NCBI GenBank assembly: GCA_040954595.2
Contig: CM082576.2
Coordinates: forward strand, 310,001 to 374,000
Length of the DNA stretch: 64,000 nucleotides
Direction of reading: 5' to 3'
Origin: Balanoglossus misakiensis
Taxonomy: Eukaryota > Animalia > Hemichordata
Below are positions 1 to 13,113 of this stretch, in pieces. Under the pieces are notes generated by a model that did not search any database, had not been told where the DNA came from, and saw only the letters and a list, made by a program, of their open reading frames with translations. The first letter of the stretch is position 1. Each line of letters begins with the position of its first letter. The translations under genes and the position numbers were made by a program.

Positions 1-1869
1 TCATGCTGCTTGCAAAGGAAGCATATTATAAAAGTGCAATGATGTCAAAATAGATGGTACCCACCAAATATTATGTCATTCAGCTGGTTATGTCATGCCT
101 GTACAAAGGTTGTGGGGCTCACAAAACCAACACTTCAGCATTTTTTGCAGTCAGTCTTACAACATAAATAACCTGTCATAGGAGGATAACATAAATAATC
201 TCTCAGAGGAAACAAAAATGACTAAAATATTATCAGCTTATGGACTGGAGTGTTAACAATTTGAGACGAATGTCCCTATAGCAAACCTAGAACCCCGGGC
301 AATTTGAAAAATGATGAATCTATTCTAACAGGTCACCTACAATATATATTGTGAGAATTGTGACCGCAACAATTACAACAGTGCTGGTCATTAAAGGTGT
401 ATTGCCCCGATTTGTTCTTTCCTATCTTTACATTGTATTACCCTTATGACAAGGCTGAATTATGTTGTCTTTTTTTTTAAGATTGCTGGGTACAGATGAA
501 TGAATATAGAGTGTGGTGGAGTTGACATGTTTTGGTTCAGATAAAATTCTGAACAAGAGGTTCACACTTTCGTTGGTTGACAATCTCTGAGCTGCAGAGA
601 CAGTAACAGCAGTCTCAATGGCTCTGTGTACATGTATGTATATGGGGTCTTTGCATGTGTGCACATGCATGTGTGTGTAAGTTATATCACCTTACTTCAG
701 CTAAGTTATTAGAGGTCACCCTGATGCACTGTAGTCTGTAGTTTTCTGATATGATTGCTTGCATTTATTGGAAATGAATGAAAGGTGAAAATGATCCAGT
801 ACAGAGCATAGGTGTACCTCTTTTATGTCCATGTACAGTCTGAGCATTATGCCTAGAGATGATATACTAGTAATAATTGCTTATCGCTGTAGGCTATGAA
901 CTGGGAATTCACCTCAGAAAGTTATCAATACTTGGGATTTCACTACACCATTAAGTTAACTGACAGCTTTTCGTTTGATGTAAGTGGCTACTTTATGAAA
1001 AAAAATGACTTTCAACATAACTGGCGGTGTAACAGTAACAGGTTGAGCACCACCGGAGATATTTGGAACATCTGATGTTTGCTTTGAAAATGCAGACACC
1101 GCACAACCCACAATATTTGTACTCCTTTGTTGAACTGCACAAACACGCGAAACAGGGGACTTCAAACACGTCTTGACAAAAATTCAATTCTCAAGAACTT
1201 CATCACCATTTAGCCTGGTGACGGAAAGTTACGCAAGATGCTTTACGCAAGATGCTACATGTAGACTGGGCAGGTACAAGTTACACAATGAGCTAACAAC
1301 TCAACAGGGATCATGCTGATTATAGATAGGACTTTACCATAAGTCCATCAGCGAATAATTTCTGAGTGATAAGCAGGTCTGCTCAGGGAACAATTCTGTC
1401 AGAATTAATTTCCCCGGTGACTGATTTATTGTCAGTAAAGCGGCCAGTGTGAAGCAAAAACCAAATACACCCAGAGATAAGACAGTTAGATGGCACAGAA
1501 AGTAATTTCGAGGTACTAGAAAAATGCCTGGATGCCATCCCCAACTTGCACCAGAACTGCTCTGTGTTTATTCACAGTAATAAAATTTTATGGCCTAGGG
1601 AGTAATCATTTATGGATTATACTATGGTATTCTTAAATTTTTTTTCAATGGGATATGAAGTTGAAATGAATCAAAAAACACAGAGTCCACAATCCTCTTT
1701 TGTTAGCTAATAAAAAGGTCCAAGTTGAAGTGTGGAACACCAAGGCCTGATAAGGAAGGAAAAACAAGTCATAAGTCTCCTCTGTCTGGTGCCAATTACA
1801 CATTTAATAAACCAAAATGAAAACAGGAAATGACTATCCAACCCTACCCAGGCAGGTCAAACTGAGGAT

Positions 1870-1901
<32 letters not shown>

Positions 1902-1911
1902 GGGGGGGGGG
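1870..1911 (+). repeat. Poly-G tract (G31-A-G10)
   Basis: Directly visible. Confidence 0.95.
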
Positions 1912-4900
1912 TCGATATGGCCTCACCTTTCCTCTGCCTATATTTCAAGCTAGAACTAAAATTATTTAATGAAATAATGTAATATTGTCTGTGTAAGTCT
2001 ACAAGGATCTCATTTGGTTTTGATGATCAACAGGTGTCAAGCCAGGTGAATTTACAAAACTATGCTGCTGTGGGGTGTGAAAAGATGGCCAAATGACAAG
2101 AAGAATGAATTCTAATTTTACATGGTATCCAAATCCATATGGTTTGACCAGGGTTTGTCAGGGATTTCTGTCACTTGGCAAACACAGTGCGTCTCTCCAT
2201 CTGTCAAACGGAAGTTTACACACACACAGTCCGGTGTTTCTTAGTCAGGTAGGACTGACTCAACACAGCGGATGAATTTTTTTGCTACAAAAGCAGAGAG
2301 ATACATGAAGCATAGGCTGGCACATTTCCCCTACTTCAAGGGCCTTTTTATGAGAAAACGTGTGTGAATCCATTTTCCTACTTCAATGCAGTGACCCTGG
2401 TTACTTTGACAACAACCATGATGACTGCAATGTCCTTTTTTTCAACTGTCATATTGGGTACTTAAATGATTTAGGTTTAATGATTAATCATGGCGGGGTC
2501 ATTTTCAAGTTGAGACTGTGGTGTCACCTTGTTGATAACCATACTGTGTGTCAACATAACCCTGTCAGGATCTTTTCTATTTATTTTTCATTTTTTTGAC
2601 ACTGCTGAGGGTTGACTTTGCAAAAGACCAAAACACAGCTCAACATTTTACAACACAGCCATAAATTACAATGCTGCCAAGCACCCAGGGGATGGCTCAT
2701 CGCTTGGAAGGGGAGCATCACCAAGCCAAACAAAGCTGACCTCCATGCCTGATGCCTTATTCTGCCCTGTTTGTTGAAATATCCCCAGCAATCCGATTAA
2801 TGGAAATTTTTCAGTTGATTAATTTACTTGTCCCAGTGTGGTTGACAACTTGGGCATTCTAACCCTGATCATACCATGTGGTTTCCCCACTCACATACAG
2901 AACTCATTCAACTAAAAGGGATGACAGGTTTTATGTGTGATTAAACCACCTGACAGTCGAGTTTCACCATAAAACAATACACCCCTTCATTCACAGCTTT
3001 GAGGGAAAAACGCCGGAATCACTTTGGCTATCGGGGAAAAGCGGTGGCACTTCTTCCGGCGGTGCCGCATTAGCGACATCCTCTGTGGACGCGTCATTCC
3101 AGAACCGCGTTCCCACTGCCCATGGCACTAAAAGAAGTAAGATGTTTGTCCAAGATCTTAATTTGGTCAATCACCCTACTTAGGGAACAGCCAAAGTAAT
3201 AACTGTACTAACATTGATCTGCCAAGGGAAACAAAGACCAGTGACGTCAGGATTGGACCTGTCTTCTTCTTCTTAAATATGAGACATCGGGTGCGGTAGT
3301 GGAAGCTAAACCTCCTGATAGATAAAAACCTATCCGGGATGTAGGTGTGTGCGCCTGACATGTGAGTCAGCAACAAATGTGTCAAAGGTGAAGACATTAA
3401 CTGCACTTTTGTCTATTGGCCAACCTTCACATAGAAAAAAGTTTGAAAACTTCTTTTTTAACGGACTGGCCAAGTGATTCAACAGACTCAGACTGCCAAA
3501 TTTATTCAGTTGTAATCATTCCTGGTTTGGGGAGATAAAAATGTGGTTAAGATAAATTTATAAACACTTTTCCATACTAAAAAGAAATGCTGACATTTGC
3601 TGATTTCTTAAACCTAACTCACTCTCACAGCGTTGATTGCACCAGTGTTGTAAATCTTTTCGACTGACTGGTGAATTTTTTATAGCTTGTGTGTGTTCCA
3701 AGACCTTTTGATTGGCACTGCAGTATCAGTCTCGTGACTGTATTTAATTTCGGTGTGACCACCATCACACCGCCACGAATCAGGCAGCGATGACCTAGCC
3801 GATCACACAGGTCCTCTGCATTGGGTTGAAGATTTATTTTCTCATCTTCAATAAACCCTCAAAACGAGCTCTTGGTTGGAGAAATGTGCAAACTGATTTG
3901 CTCTCAGCACTCTGAGTAGAATAAACACCGGGATTTTGTGTCTGTGTGAAATGACATTTGGATAAAGCTGAAACGGGCAACTCAGAGTGAGTGATTTCTG
4001 CGACGCAGGACTTGTGAAATTGCACACAGCCCATGTCCACAAATCAATTGAACCCATCTATTTTGAACTATGAAAACTGTATTCATGTCAAGAAGACAGC
4101 AAAAAAAATCGTTGATCATGCTTTATCAAAAGAGTACATGTCATTACCATGGTGATGAGAATCAGTGTGACAATGATTGATCGCACACATTGGGATCTGG
4201 CAGCCATCTTTGTCACGCTGGCACTCAAATCTGACCGATTCCTGGGCCCAGGCTGAAATAAAAGTCACCGGCGGAAGGCACCCCTTTCCCAGTAATCAAT
4301 AATGCTCATATGTTAGTGTGTTGAAGGTGAATTTCTCCCAGAGCAAACCTGTTGAGTTGATCTTACACAACTAAGTTGACTGAGATTAGATGAACAGAAT
4401 TAGGATAAGAAAGGGGGGCTGGGGGATGGAGTGAAATTAATAATCCAAACAGTTTAGAGGTTACCCTTCAAGGGGTACAAAGGACGGAGAACACCGGCTC
4501 AATCAGGGGGGAGCAAAAAAAATGCAATTAGATGAGGAGGAAGCTGCTGATAATGAAGAACGAAGTTAAGTGGGAAAACAATCGGTAAAGTAATCAGCGT
4601 TGTGTCAATCATGTCAATGGAAAGAGGAAACAGTGCCAGCTTGAAGACTGACACAACAATAGCCACAACTCAAACATATTTTGCCAGGGCTCAAATTTGT
4701 TATTGCTTCCTTTTCAAGCTGATTGGCAGCCATGCTACAGACCACCCACCAAAATAAAAGCACAACTGTGGTGCAAGTGTGCACTCATGGTCCACCCTCC
4801 CTCCCACAGACCCTCGGGGTGAATTTTAAAAGCCGCTGTCACCTCCTCTTCAATGTAGCTCTCTCTATGGTTGAAAGTAATTGGCAGGCAACACCTGAAT

Positions 4901-7077
4901 GAGGCGGCAAAAAAATGGAGTTGTCAAGCTGGGCATTGTCAACATGACGTAGTGATAACATCAATTGAATGGAGATATCGCAAGTTTGAATGGTAGAAAA
5001 TATGAAATGGGGTTAAACCAGCCACTTCAAGACAATTGATGCTGTGTCAAAACTTATCTACAGGCTTCCAAATCTATTTCTTACCAGGGAGGTATTTTAG
5101 CAAATCATTGTGTTAAACGGTTTCAGAATTGGTGTTTATATCAGACTACCTGATTGTAAAAAATACAGCACTATATTGTGTAGAATCTGCTTAGGCCACT
5201 GGATATGGCTATCTTGGATTACAGTTATTGTGTAACAAGGGAGACTTCTCAAATCAAGAAAAAACACAAAAAGAAAACAAAACTGCCAAATTTCAAGATT
5301 TGTCAGTTGATCACTGAGAGATATTCTAGTTTGTGTTGAGTGTGAACAGCAGTTCTGTTCAGTCAGACAGCAACGGTAGAATCTAGTAATAGATCCAGAG
5401 CCAATGCTGTCAAATGTAAAGGTTTAAATCCGTGTGCAGCACCTGATAATCCTGACAGCGGCTATCGCAATTTAACAGATTTCATTCAGAAACAGGCAGG
5501 CCTTTGGAAGCTTTTTATCCCCTCTCCAATTTGACTCATCTGCAAGGCACATGCTAATTTCTCAGCTATATCAGTCCCCATTGGCAAACACAGGTGCTGT
5601 GAAATATTCCTCTTTACCTTGGCTACGACAAACAAAGACCGGAATGTTCGTGGAGCCCATTTAGCCAAGACAAAAAGCAGAACAAAAAACCCTCCCAAAA
5701 TAGACCGTCGTTCCCTATATGTGGTACTATCCACTCCCCAAATGACAATGCTACAGGGGTCAACCACGGGATGGTTCGTAAAAAAAATTGCCTTTTTAAA
5801 ATTTTTAGCTGATTACCTAGAGTAATCATGCAATGCAAGCACGAAACGTCTGACATGAATGGACGGAAACCGAATAGACCCCGCTGAGCGACAGAAAAAA
5901 ATTAACAGCGTGCCAGAGGAAATTGCACGTTCCAGAGTCGCTAGGTTCTGCAGCGATGGAAATTACTCAGAGCTAAAGTTATCAGTGCCGATTTCATGGC
6001 AGGGGTATTTTCCACAAACAACTAACTGTCAAAACCTATTTACAGTTGGTGTTTACCGGGTCACCATTCAAATGCTTGGTACACACTATTCTACAAACTA
6101 TAGAGTACTTGATCTGAGAGCTGAACTAAGCTCTCCCAAAGTACACTCATACAATCAACTACCTCTTTCTGTGTCTCTTTTGGAATAGCGACCAAAATAT
6201 TCACGTCAAATATAGCTGTCAAATTTTGGCTGTCTTCATAACCTTGTGCATACATTTGTAGCATTACCAATCTCCTCCCGATTACATTTTATAGACTCAA
6301 TATTATGAAACAAAAAAGGAGGGAAGCTACATTAAGTGCCTACTGAAAGATTTATTGTATAAATTGACGAAAAGCCCACTGTTTGCTTGTCACCGAGATA
6401 TCATGAATTTTTAAATATTTGCAAACTAACCAGAATCACTCCCTAGCATTGATTAGCTTCCTTTCTTTTCCACATCTTTTGTGTCCAAATGTGTGCGCAA
6501 CTTTTTTTTATTCCTCTGCAGACAGATATAATGCTAGCGGTTAGAAAGACAGGTTTATTGGCAGCCATGGCTGGAGTTATTGGATTCCTGTTTAACAATC
6601 TCAAATCTGAGTGAGTGTAGCAACATACTAGTATGGGGAGATTAAGTTGTGGACAGAGAACACTACTTTGGGCTATATCTAAACACAAACAGCAAATTTG
6701 TAAGAGCTGCCCTTGCAAACAGTCTGTGTTGGTTTTCCAATCATATAATGATAAACTTCTGACTCCAACCGTTTAATCACGGCTCTCTTCTCGTACAATA
6801 TGGACTCCCACAATGATCTGTAAATTATTTTCCTGCATTTAATGACTTTTTGGGAGGATATAATGGTTAAATTTTCCTGCTGTACTTTGACCTCCTTGCT
6901 GTGTAGCTGCTTTGTGACCTCATAAATTTCTCACAAATGGTAAAAAAGGTGTCGTTTTGGAACAGTGCCCTCTTTGGACATTTCTAAACATAGTGGATTC
7001 AGTTGATGACTCAAGAGGGCGCTGGTCTGCTTCGACTCCTCAGGGGTAAAAGCTCAACCACCTGTTCGATTACTTAC

Positions 7078-7164
7078 CCTCATTGCAAGTTGTTGGTTGT
7101 TCTTGGAAGACGCTCCATCGTTGCTTTTTCGCAAATATGCAATTTCTTGTTCCAGCTTCTTACA
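7078..7164 (-). CDS. MIPOL1: MIPOL1 exon (CKKLEQEIAYLRKSNDGASSKNNQQLAMR)
   Basis: ttgttgtgcTAG| acceptor and |GTAAGT donor; 87 nt; CKKLEQE matches the vertebrate CKRLEQE. Confidence 0.88.
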
Positions 7165-7472
7165 CTAGCACAACAAAAATAGAAAATACATATATGGCAT
7201 TGTTTGCCCTGTGTAGTTTTCATTACAATCACTATTAGAATGGAGGCCAAGAAATTATGTACAGTCGACTTGAAGGGAAAAACTTCATCCAAAGCATTCA
7301 GTTGGCTGAGGTCTACAGAATGTTTTGTACAATATGGTTCCTCAGTGGAAACTAAATCATACAAAAAACTGACTTTTTAACGTCAAATACCGAGTAAATG
7401 CATAAAATTGACAACATGGGAATATGGAACTGTAACAAAAGCACAGTAAATTCAACACAAGAGCACCTTTAC

Positions 7473-7643
7473 CTTTGCTAGCGCCATGTCTCTTTCATCT
7501 AAGATGGCTCTCATTTCTTCAGATGTGATCCTTCTCTTCCTATTTCTGGTTAGCCCAATCTTGTCAATGATCACGTGACCATACTTGTCGATATCCTCAC
7601 CTCCATCTGCTATTGTCAGTCTTGCCAGTAACTCACTCATACT
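7473..7643 (-). CDS. MIPOL1: MIPOL1 exon (SMSELLARL...DERDMALAK)
   Basis: catttCAG| acceptor and AAG|GTAAAG donor; 171 nt, phase 0-0. Confidence 0.92.
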
Positions 7644-7877
7644 CTGAAATGAATCAAGCATTCCCAACATTGAAGTTCTCAAAGATACATTGGCTTGGCT
7701 TTAAGACACAATCATAAACAGTGTGCTCTATGGTCTTTGGAATGAACTCTGTTCGTTTTCATTTTAGATGAGAGCAAACAGATCAGTACTTCCTTGCATC
7801 AAAGCCTACACAAATATCAGACATTAATATTACACATCAAGTATTTTGAGGGAAGGTTTGAAGATATGAATACTCAC

Positions 7878-8065
7878 AGTATCAGTGGGATTAATGTCAT
7901 CATCACTAACATGAATGTTGGCATCTTCATCCTGATTGTCTCTAGATATCTCTAGTTTCTTCAATCTTAATAGTGCCTCGTCTCTTTCTTCATTGGCAAT
8001 ACTCAATCTGGCCATCACTGCTGTATCTCTCTCTTTCTGTGCTCTATAGATTTCCTCAATTAGAG
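7878..8065 (-). CDS. MIPOL1: MIPOL1 exon (ALIEEIYRAQKERD...INPTDT)
   Basis: Conserved MIPOL1 core; AAG| acceptor and |GTGAGT donor; phase 1-0. Confidence 0.9.
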
Positions 8066-8262
8066 CTTTATGTTCATGCAATTGCAAAGAAATTGGAAAC
8101 AGGGGAAAGACATTAATTAACATGATGGCTAGGATGATCACAAGAAGATGTTTTCCTAAACACAGGCAATAGCTGATGAAATCTGTGTGGTAGTGGATCA
8201 TAAAGGAAATGATTCAGCATACATGTACATAACAATGTTGATCGTAAGGAATAGATACATAC

Positions 8263-8368
8263 CTGCTCCTTTGGCAGCTATCTCAGCTTCAGTTGCTACC
8301 TCAGCCAGACTCTTGGCCAACTTCAATGATTCTATTTCTCTCTCTGCTTCCTGAAGCTTTTCAGACAG
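8263..8368 (-). CDS. MIPOL1: MIPOL1 exon (LSEKLQEAEREIESLKLAK...AAKGA)
   Basis: ttttCAG| acceptor and G|GTATGT donor; phase 0-1; heptad pattern. Confidence 0.9.
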
Positions 8369-8673
8369 CTGAAAATGCAAAAAATGGAGTGCAGCAGCAA
8401 TAAATTAGATGCCCCAAACAATTAATGAATACCTAGTCCAGCCACCAGTGATTTTTGTAATCTGCAGATTGACCAGCAGTTTATGTGATTCTGGCATGAG
8501 TGTTACATTTGCATGTGTGTGATTTAAATAATGCACATGGCAAAGTCTCTTATGCAGCTGTTGTCTCTCAATTTCTTTGAAGAACATTTTAAATTCTGTT
8601 CAACTGAATTCTCAATAGGAATAATCAATGATATTAGGTGCATTGGAAAAGAATGATGGAATTGACCACTTAC

Positions 8674-9149
8674 TGTTCTATTCATTTCCTTGGCAGCATC
8701 TAATTCATTGACAAGTGAAGGCAAGGTGTTCTCCAGGTCAGACACCTGTATCACATTAAATGTCTGGGCTGGTTTCTCTGCTGAACTCTCTCCTGGACCC
8801 ACTTTTCTAGTGCTTTCTAGTGGCCCATCGTGCTGACTCAAATTTCCATCTTTTCCTGGTGAATGCTCTGGCCAGATCTGGGATGCTTCCATTGGCCCTC
8901 TACCTGGTGGACTGCGGAATGGTGGAGGGAATGTTCTGAGCATGGAACTTTGGTCATATAAGTAGTCAGGATAGTAAAATACTGGGTGGGGTAGTGGAAG
9001 GGTGTATCTGTCATCGCGTCCTTCAAAGCTGTGATGTCGTCTGCTTCGATGTCTGTGGCTCTTGTGAGATCCATAATGGCTGCGTCTCGGAGATCTCTCG
9101 CCATCGGAGTAATAGCTGTCATCACTCTGATAACTAACATCAGATCCAT
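8674..9149 (-). CDS. MIPOL1: MIPOL1 exon (DGSDVSYQ...LDAAKEMNRT)
   Basis: Lies inside ORF 8524..9204; ctcatacCAG| acceptor and |GTAAGT donor; phase 1-0. Confidence 0.88.
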
Positions 9150-9700
9150 CTGGTATGAGAGAAATTATATTCACAAGCATAAGTATGAAATCAATGTTTG
9201 TCAAATTCTTGACAAAAGTGGGTATGGTATGTACAATAGCTGAGAATAGAAGGTGTATGAAATTGCTTCCATGATGTATGATGTTAGTACCACATGATGA
9301 ATCACAGCAATGATAACCAGCTGAATCAGCTTCTTTGTGAACAGTTCAAAACCAAAATTGGTCACCATCCAGTCAGACTTCATCAAAATTTGGAATAATC
9401 TTTGGTGAGATGACAGTTGATAGTAAACAGATCATATTTAAATTTTTGTTATATCTTTGTGCAAGAGCAATTCTAAATCTCATTTTTCATATTTGTAAAG
9501 AACATCTTACAAATACTCTTGTTTCTCTGCTCTATAAAATTCATTTTCCATTTATGACAGAATAAATTAATATGAATAATTAACCTTTTTGTGACTGCAC
9601 AGATGGAAGTACTCCTATATGAGTACGATACAGAATCCATGTGATACATTTTATTTTTATCTCGCAGGTAAATATAAATAACATAAGTGCTACCATGTAC

Positions 9701-9856
9701 CTCTTGAATGTTTGTGCCTTTCTCTGGAGTGAGATTTGCTCCGACTGCCTTTCTGGTCATTTTCATCCATGGAATTAGACAATGATGATAAGTCATCATC
9801 ATCATCTGCCAGAGAGGGCGTCCTTCTATGACTCTCCGTTCCAGATTCCTTGCCTT
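9701..9856 (-). CDS. MIPOL1: MIPOL1 exon (EGKESGTESHRRTPSLADDDDDLSS...RHKHSR)
   Basis: gtttttttAG| acceptor and G|GTACAT donor; 156 nt, phase 1-1, open frame not listed in the ORF track. Confidence 0.8.
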
Positions 9857-11896
9857 CTAAAAAAACATGATAGCATCATGGTGACAAAATAACCCTTCAA
9901 TTCAAAAATGTCCAAAGTGTGTCTCTTTTAGTGTTTAATTTTTCCAAGGACTGACTCATAATTTCACTTAATCAATAATTATTTACAATGATGATTTCAG
10001 TTAGGTGCTAGATACCACAATATTTCTTTTCCGAGGTTGATACTGCACACTGTGCTACAGCACATTTTAGGTCAAGGGCATTTTCTATTGTTATGCACAT
10101 GAGCTTTATACAATAGAAGCAGAAAAAACAACACACCAACATTGATACCAGCACATATAATTAAATAAATACATCTATTTTTCTAAAATTTTGTTTTCAA
10201 ATTTGAAAGGCAACTCCTGGTATACCTTATTGTGAAGCATGTAATATATTGTTCCAAAAATGAAAACAAATACAATCCATCATACTTCAGAAAGTAATCA
10301 ATTTCATTTCAAGTTAACCCGGCTCTGTGTTGTTGAATTCTGATGAAGTGTCAGCTAAGCATGAGATACTGATATTTTATTCATAAAACATGTTTCAGCA
10401 ACCGTGTCAGAGGACACAGACTAAAGAGTCAATTATAAGTATACACATTTTTGGACTTCATCATGGCTTCGTTCTCAGATTGTTAAATTAACTATTTAGT
10501 TAGATACATTTACATGTTGTAACTCTACTTTATGAGATGATGTTATTGTTGATGTTATCCCCAATTTATGATTTGCTGTTGTTTGAGAAAAAAAACGAGA
10601 TATGATTATATGAAAAATTATCCCAAAATGACATACACACAGTGAAATGATTTTGATCAATGATATAAAAATACATGTAGGTAATATGCAAGCTGACACA
10701 TAAATACAACAGAAAGGCATAGAGATTTTAAAATGTACACATTTAAAATTGCAGAACACAGACACAGAGACAACAAGTGAAGGGAAACATTAGTGTATCC
10801 CTAGAAGTGAGTTCCCATGGTAACTCCACCCAAGTAAGTAAGTAAGTAGACTTACATCCAGCAGAGGGACAGAGTTAAAACACACACATATGTTTAAATC
10901 ATTAAAATATGAAAGGTCAAAGAATTGGAGAGGAGACTTTTTCGGTACATCAATATATTTTGGTAATCAAACTCAATCAATTTTTACATCAACCAGTCCA
11001 CATTTGAAGCCAAAAAATTAACCAATTTTAAGCCTCATTCTTATGTTGGATGGAAGCACTACAGGTTTATCAGGGTCAGGAAAACACTGTATTAGGTTGA
11101 CACGGATGACAGAAATACACAATTTAACAGTGACTGAAAAGAAGAGAGAGACATGTTTTATCCTGTGTACAACAAAAAAAACACAATAACCCAAAACACC
11201 AAAAGGCCTCTAAAGCTACCTAGTACCTTAGCCCAAAACAGACCATCTGGGATAAAAGAAATAAAACAAAGGCAAGCTATCGCACTATGCTCTGCCATGC
11301 AAGCAGACAATGGAAACTGTATAAGGGAGGCTTTGTTTTTGTTGTATTAAACATGCATTACAAATCAAGTGCACTGTGAGATAAAAATAAAATGCTAAAT
11401 GATTGGGATTTCTATGACTATACCACTGAAGATACCCCTGTGCTGTGAGAATGACTATTTTTCTGTCCACACACAGTGAATGGGCCACATAATTACTTCA
11501 TTGAAGAAAACAAAAATAAAATGAGCAAAGTGTTCACAAGGTTTTACCACAATTTTACCAGTACTGTTGTACTTTGTCAACCCTTCACTTTTCAAACAAA
11601 TAACCACACATGCTAAATGGACATCGAAGAAAACTACATGCTTCTAGATGACAAGATGACATTTAATATATGAGAAAGAATTTGAAAAAAGTAGATTTCA
11701 ACATACCAAATATTACTTTTTACAGCATAAAGGAAGAGTAAGAAAGTTAAATTTTAGAAAGGGTGGAGTACACAAATGATTTAAGAATTAGGATGAAAAT
11801 TTTACGGTTTATGAAAAACACATGAGGGTTTTTTGACTGACACAGACACTGCATGCAGCATGCAGTTATTGGATGTTTAGATTTTTTGTCTCTTAC

Positions 11897-12060
11897 CCCT
11901 CATTTTACGACGACGGGTTGCAGGAGCTAGCCTTTGTTTTAACTCTTCCATAACTGATGGATCTGAACCTGCGTACATATCAACAAATTTACCTGACGTG
12001 TCCAGTTGGCGTTTCTCAGCTGCCTTGCGCATTGCTGTCTCCCGGCGCAAGTTTCTATCC
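11897..12060 (-). CDS. MIPOL1: MIPOL1 exon (DRNLRRETAMRKAAEKRQ...RRRKMR)
   Basis: cacacAG| acceptor and G|GTAAGA donor. Phase 2 in, phase 1 out, which is needed to join exon 1 to the 9856 exon. Confidence 0.75.
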
Positions 12061-12752
12061 CTGTGTGAGGTCAAGACGCAAATGGGAAAGCATTGAAAAT
12101 GACAATGCTTTTAAGTATGTAGACATGAATACAAACCAACTCAAGGATGACACAGAATGCATCAAGCATGACACAATTGTTCTGTTGTGACCAGTTGGGG
12201 TCAGGAAGAAGTGAAGCCACTAAGATCCTGCTTTCTTTCCTGTATCTGTCATTTTAATCATTAAATTGTCTACAACAAATCATAAGGACTTTTTCTGTTC
12301 AAATATTGCAATGAAAAATGAAAATTTAATGTTTCAGTGAGGTACATTTACGTCCATGAGTTCTAGTAAGTGGATGAGATCATTCTTTGTTTATGAAGTT
12401 GCATGGGTGGGAAATGCAACATTTCAAATTTCAATTGTATTTTGCATTACCTCCATGGTTAGTAACTAACATACCATGTTACTGTACATACAGAACAAAT
12501 AGCTTCAGGACTGTTAACACTGTAAAGTAAACTTTAACTCAACAGTCCCATAGCAGGTATCAAGCTGTACCACGATAGTGCGTGGGGAGGGGGAGGAATC
12601 GGGATCCATATGGGAACACACACTATTTCACACGGGTAAGCACAAGCAGCACGAAGTGTGTGATGTAAACACAAAACAAATGACGGCGAGAGCATGCACA
12701 CCAACAAAAATAATATCACACAAGATCTTGAATAAAGCCACAGAAAACGTAC

Positions 12753-12767
12753 CTTTCTTTCCTATCC
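12753..12767 (-). CDS. MIPOL1: Candidate 15-nt frame-preserving microexon of MIPOL1 (adds DRKER)
   Basis: tcttcattgtcAG|GGATAGGAAAGAAAG|GTacgt; phase 2-2, matching the flanking exons. Confidence 0.45.
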
Positions 12768-12893
12768 CTGACAATGAAGACATTAAACGTGCAAGGATAG
12801 AAAAAGCATGTTAAGGAATGAGCTTTGCAAAGGAAAACTGCGGGTAAAAATAGCGAGAATTGTGCACAATTGCTTCACTTGCTAGTTCGGTAC

Positions 12894-13040
12894 TAGCTGC
12901 AATGATTGTACGGGTAGGGGGTACTGCTAGGTTGACTGGTGTGTTCGCAGTGCGAAGGTTGACTGGGTGTATTCGCCAGTCAACCACGGAGGGACCTCCA
13001 TGAGTCAACCCAGCAGAACCCGCTACAAACATTGCAGCTA
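12894..13040. mobile_element. 147-bp MITE in MIPOL1 intron 1
   Basis: Imperfect TIRs TAGCTGCAATGATTGTACGGGT... / ...ACCCGCTACAAACATTGCAGCTA; flanking 9-bp direct repeat GTTCGGTAC (12885-12893, 13041-13049); internal GGTTGACT/AGTCAACC subrepeats. Confidence 0.8.
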
Positions 13041-13113
13041 GTTCGGTACATGTAGTATTTATTTAACTAACGCTCGCACAAATTGGACAATTTACACCAC
13101 TGCTGGCACTCAC

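Noticed and set aside
1229-1256. 14-bp perfect tandem duplication (a similar case at 33813-33840)
   Set aside because: Two adjacent copies with no spacer; ordinary slippage, not an array.
3176-3406. Minus-strand ORF with an acceptor near 3316 as the next Mipol1 exon
   Set aside because: No frame resembles the expected MIPOL1 C-terminal coiled coil.
11423-11442. Possible additional Mipol1 microexon (14 or 19 nt)
   Set aside because: Weak donor GTATAG, and either length would break the phase 1-1 junction.
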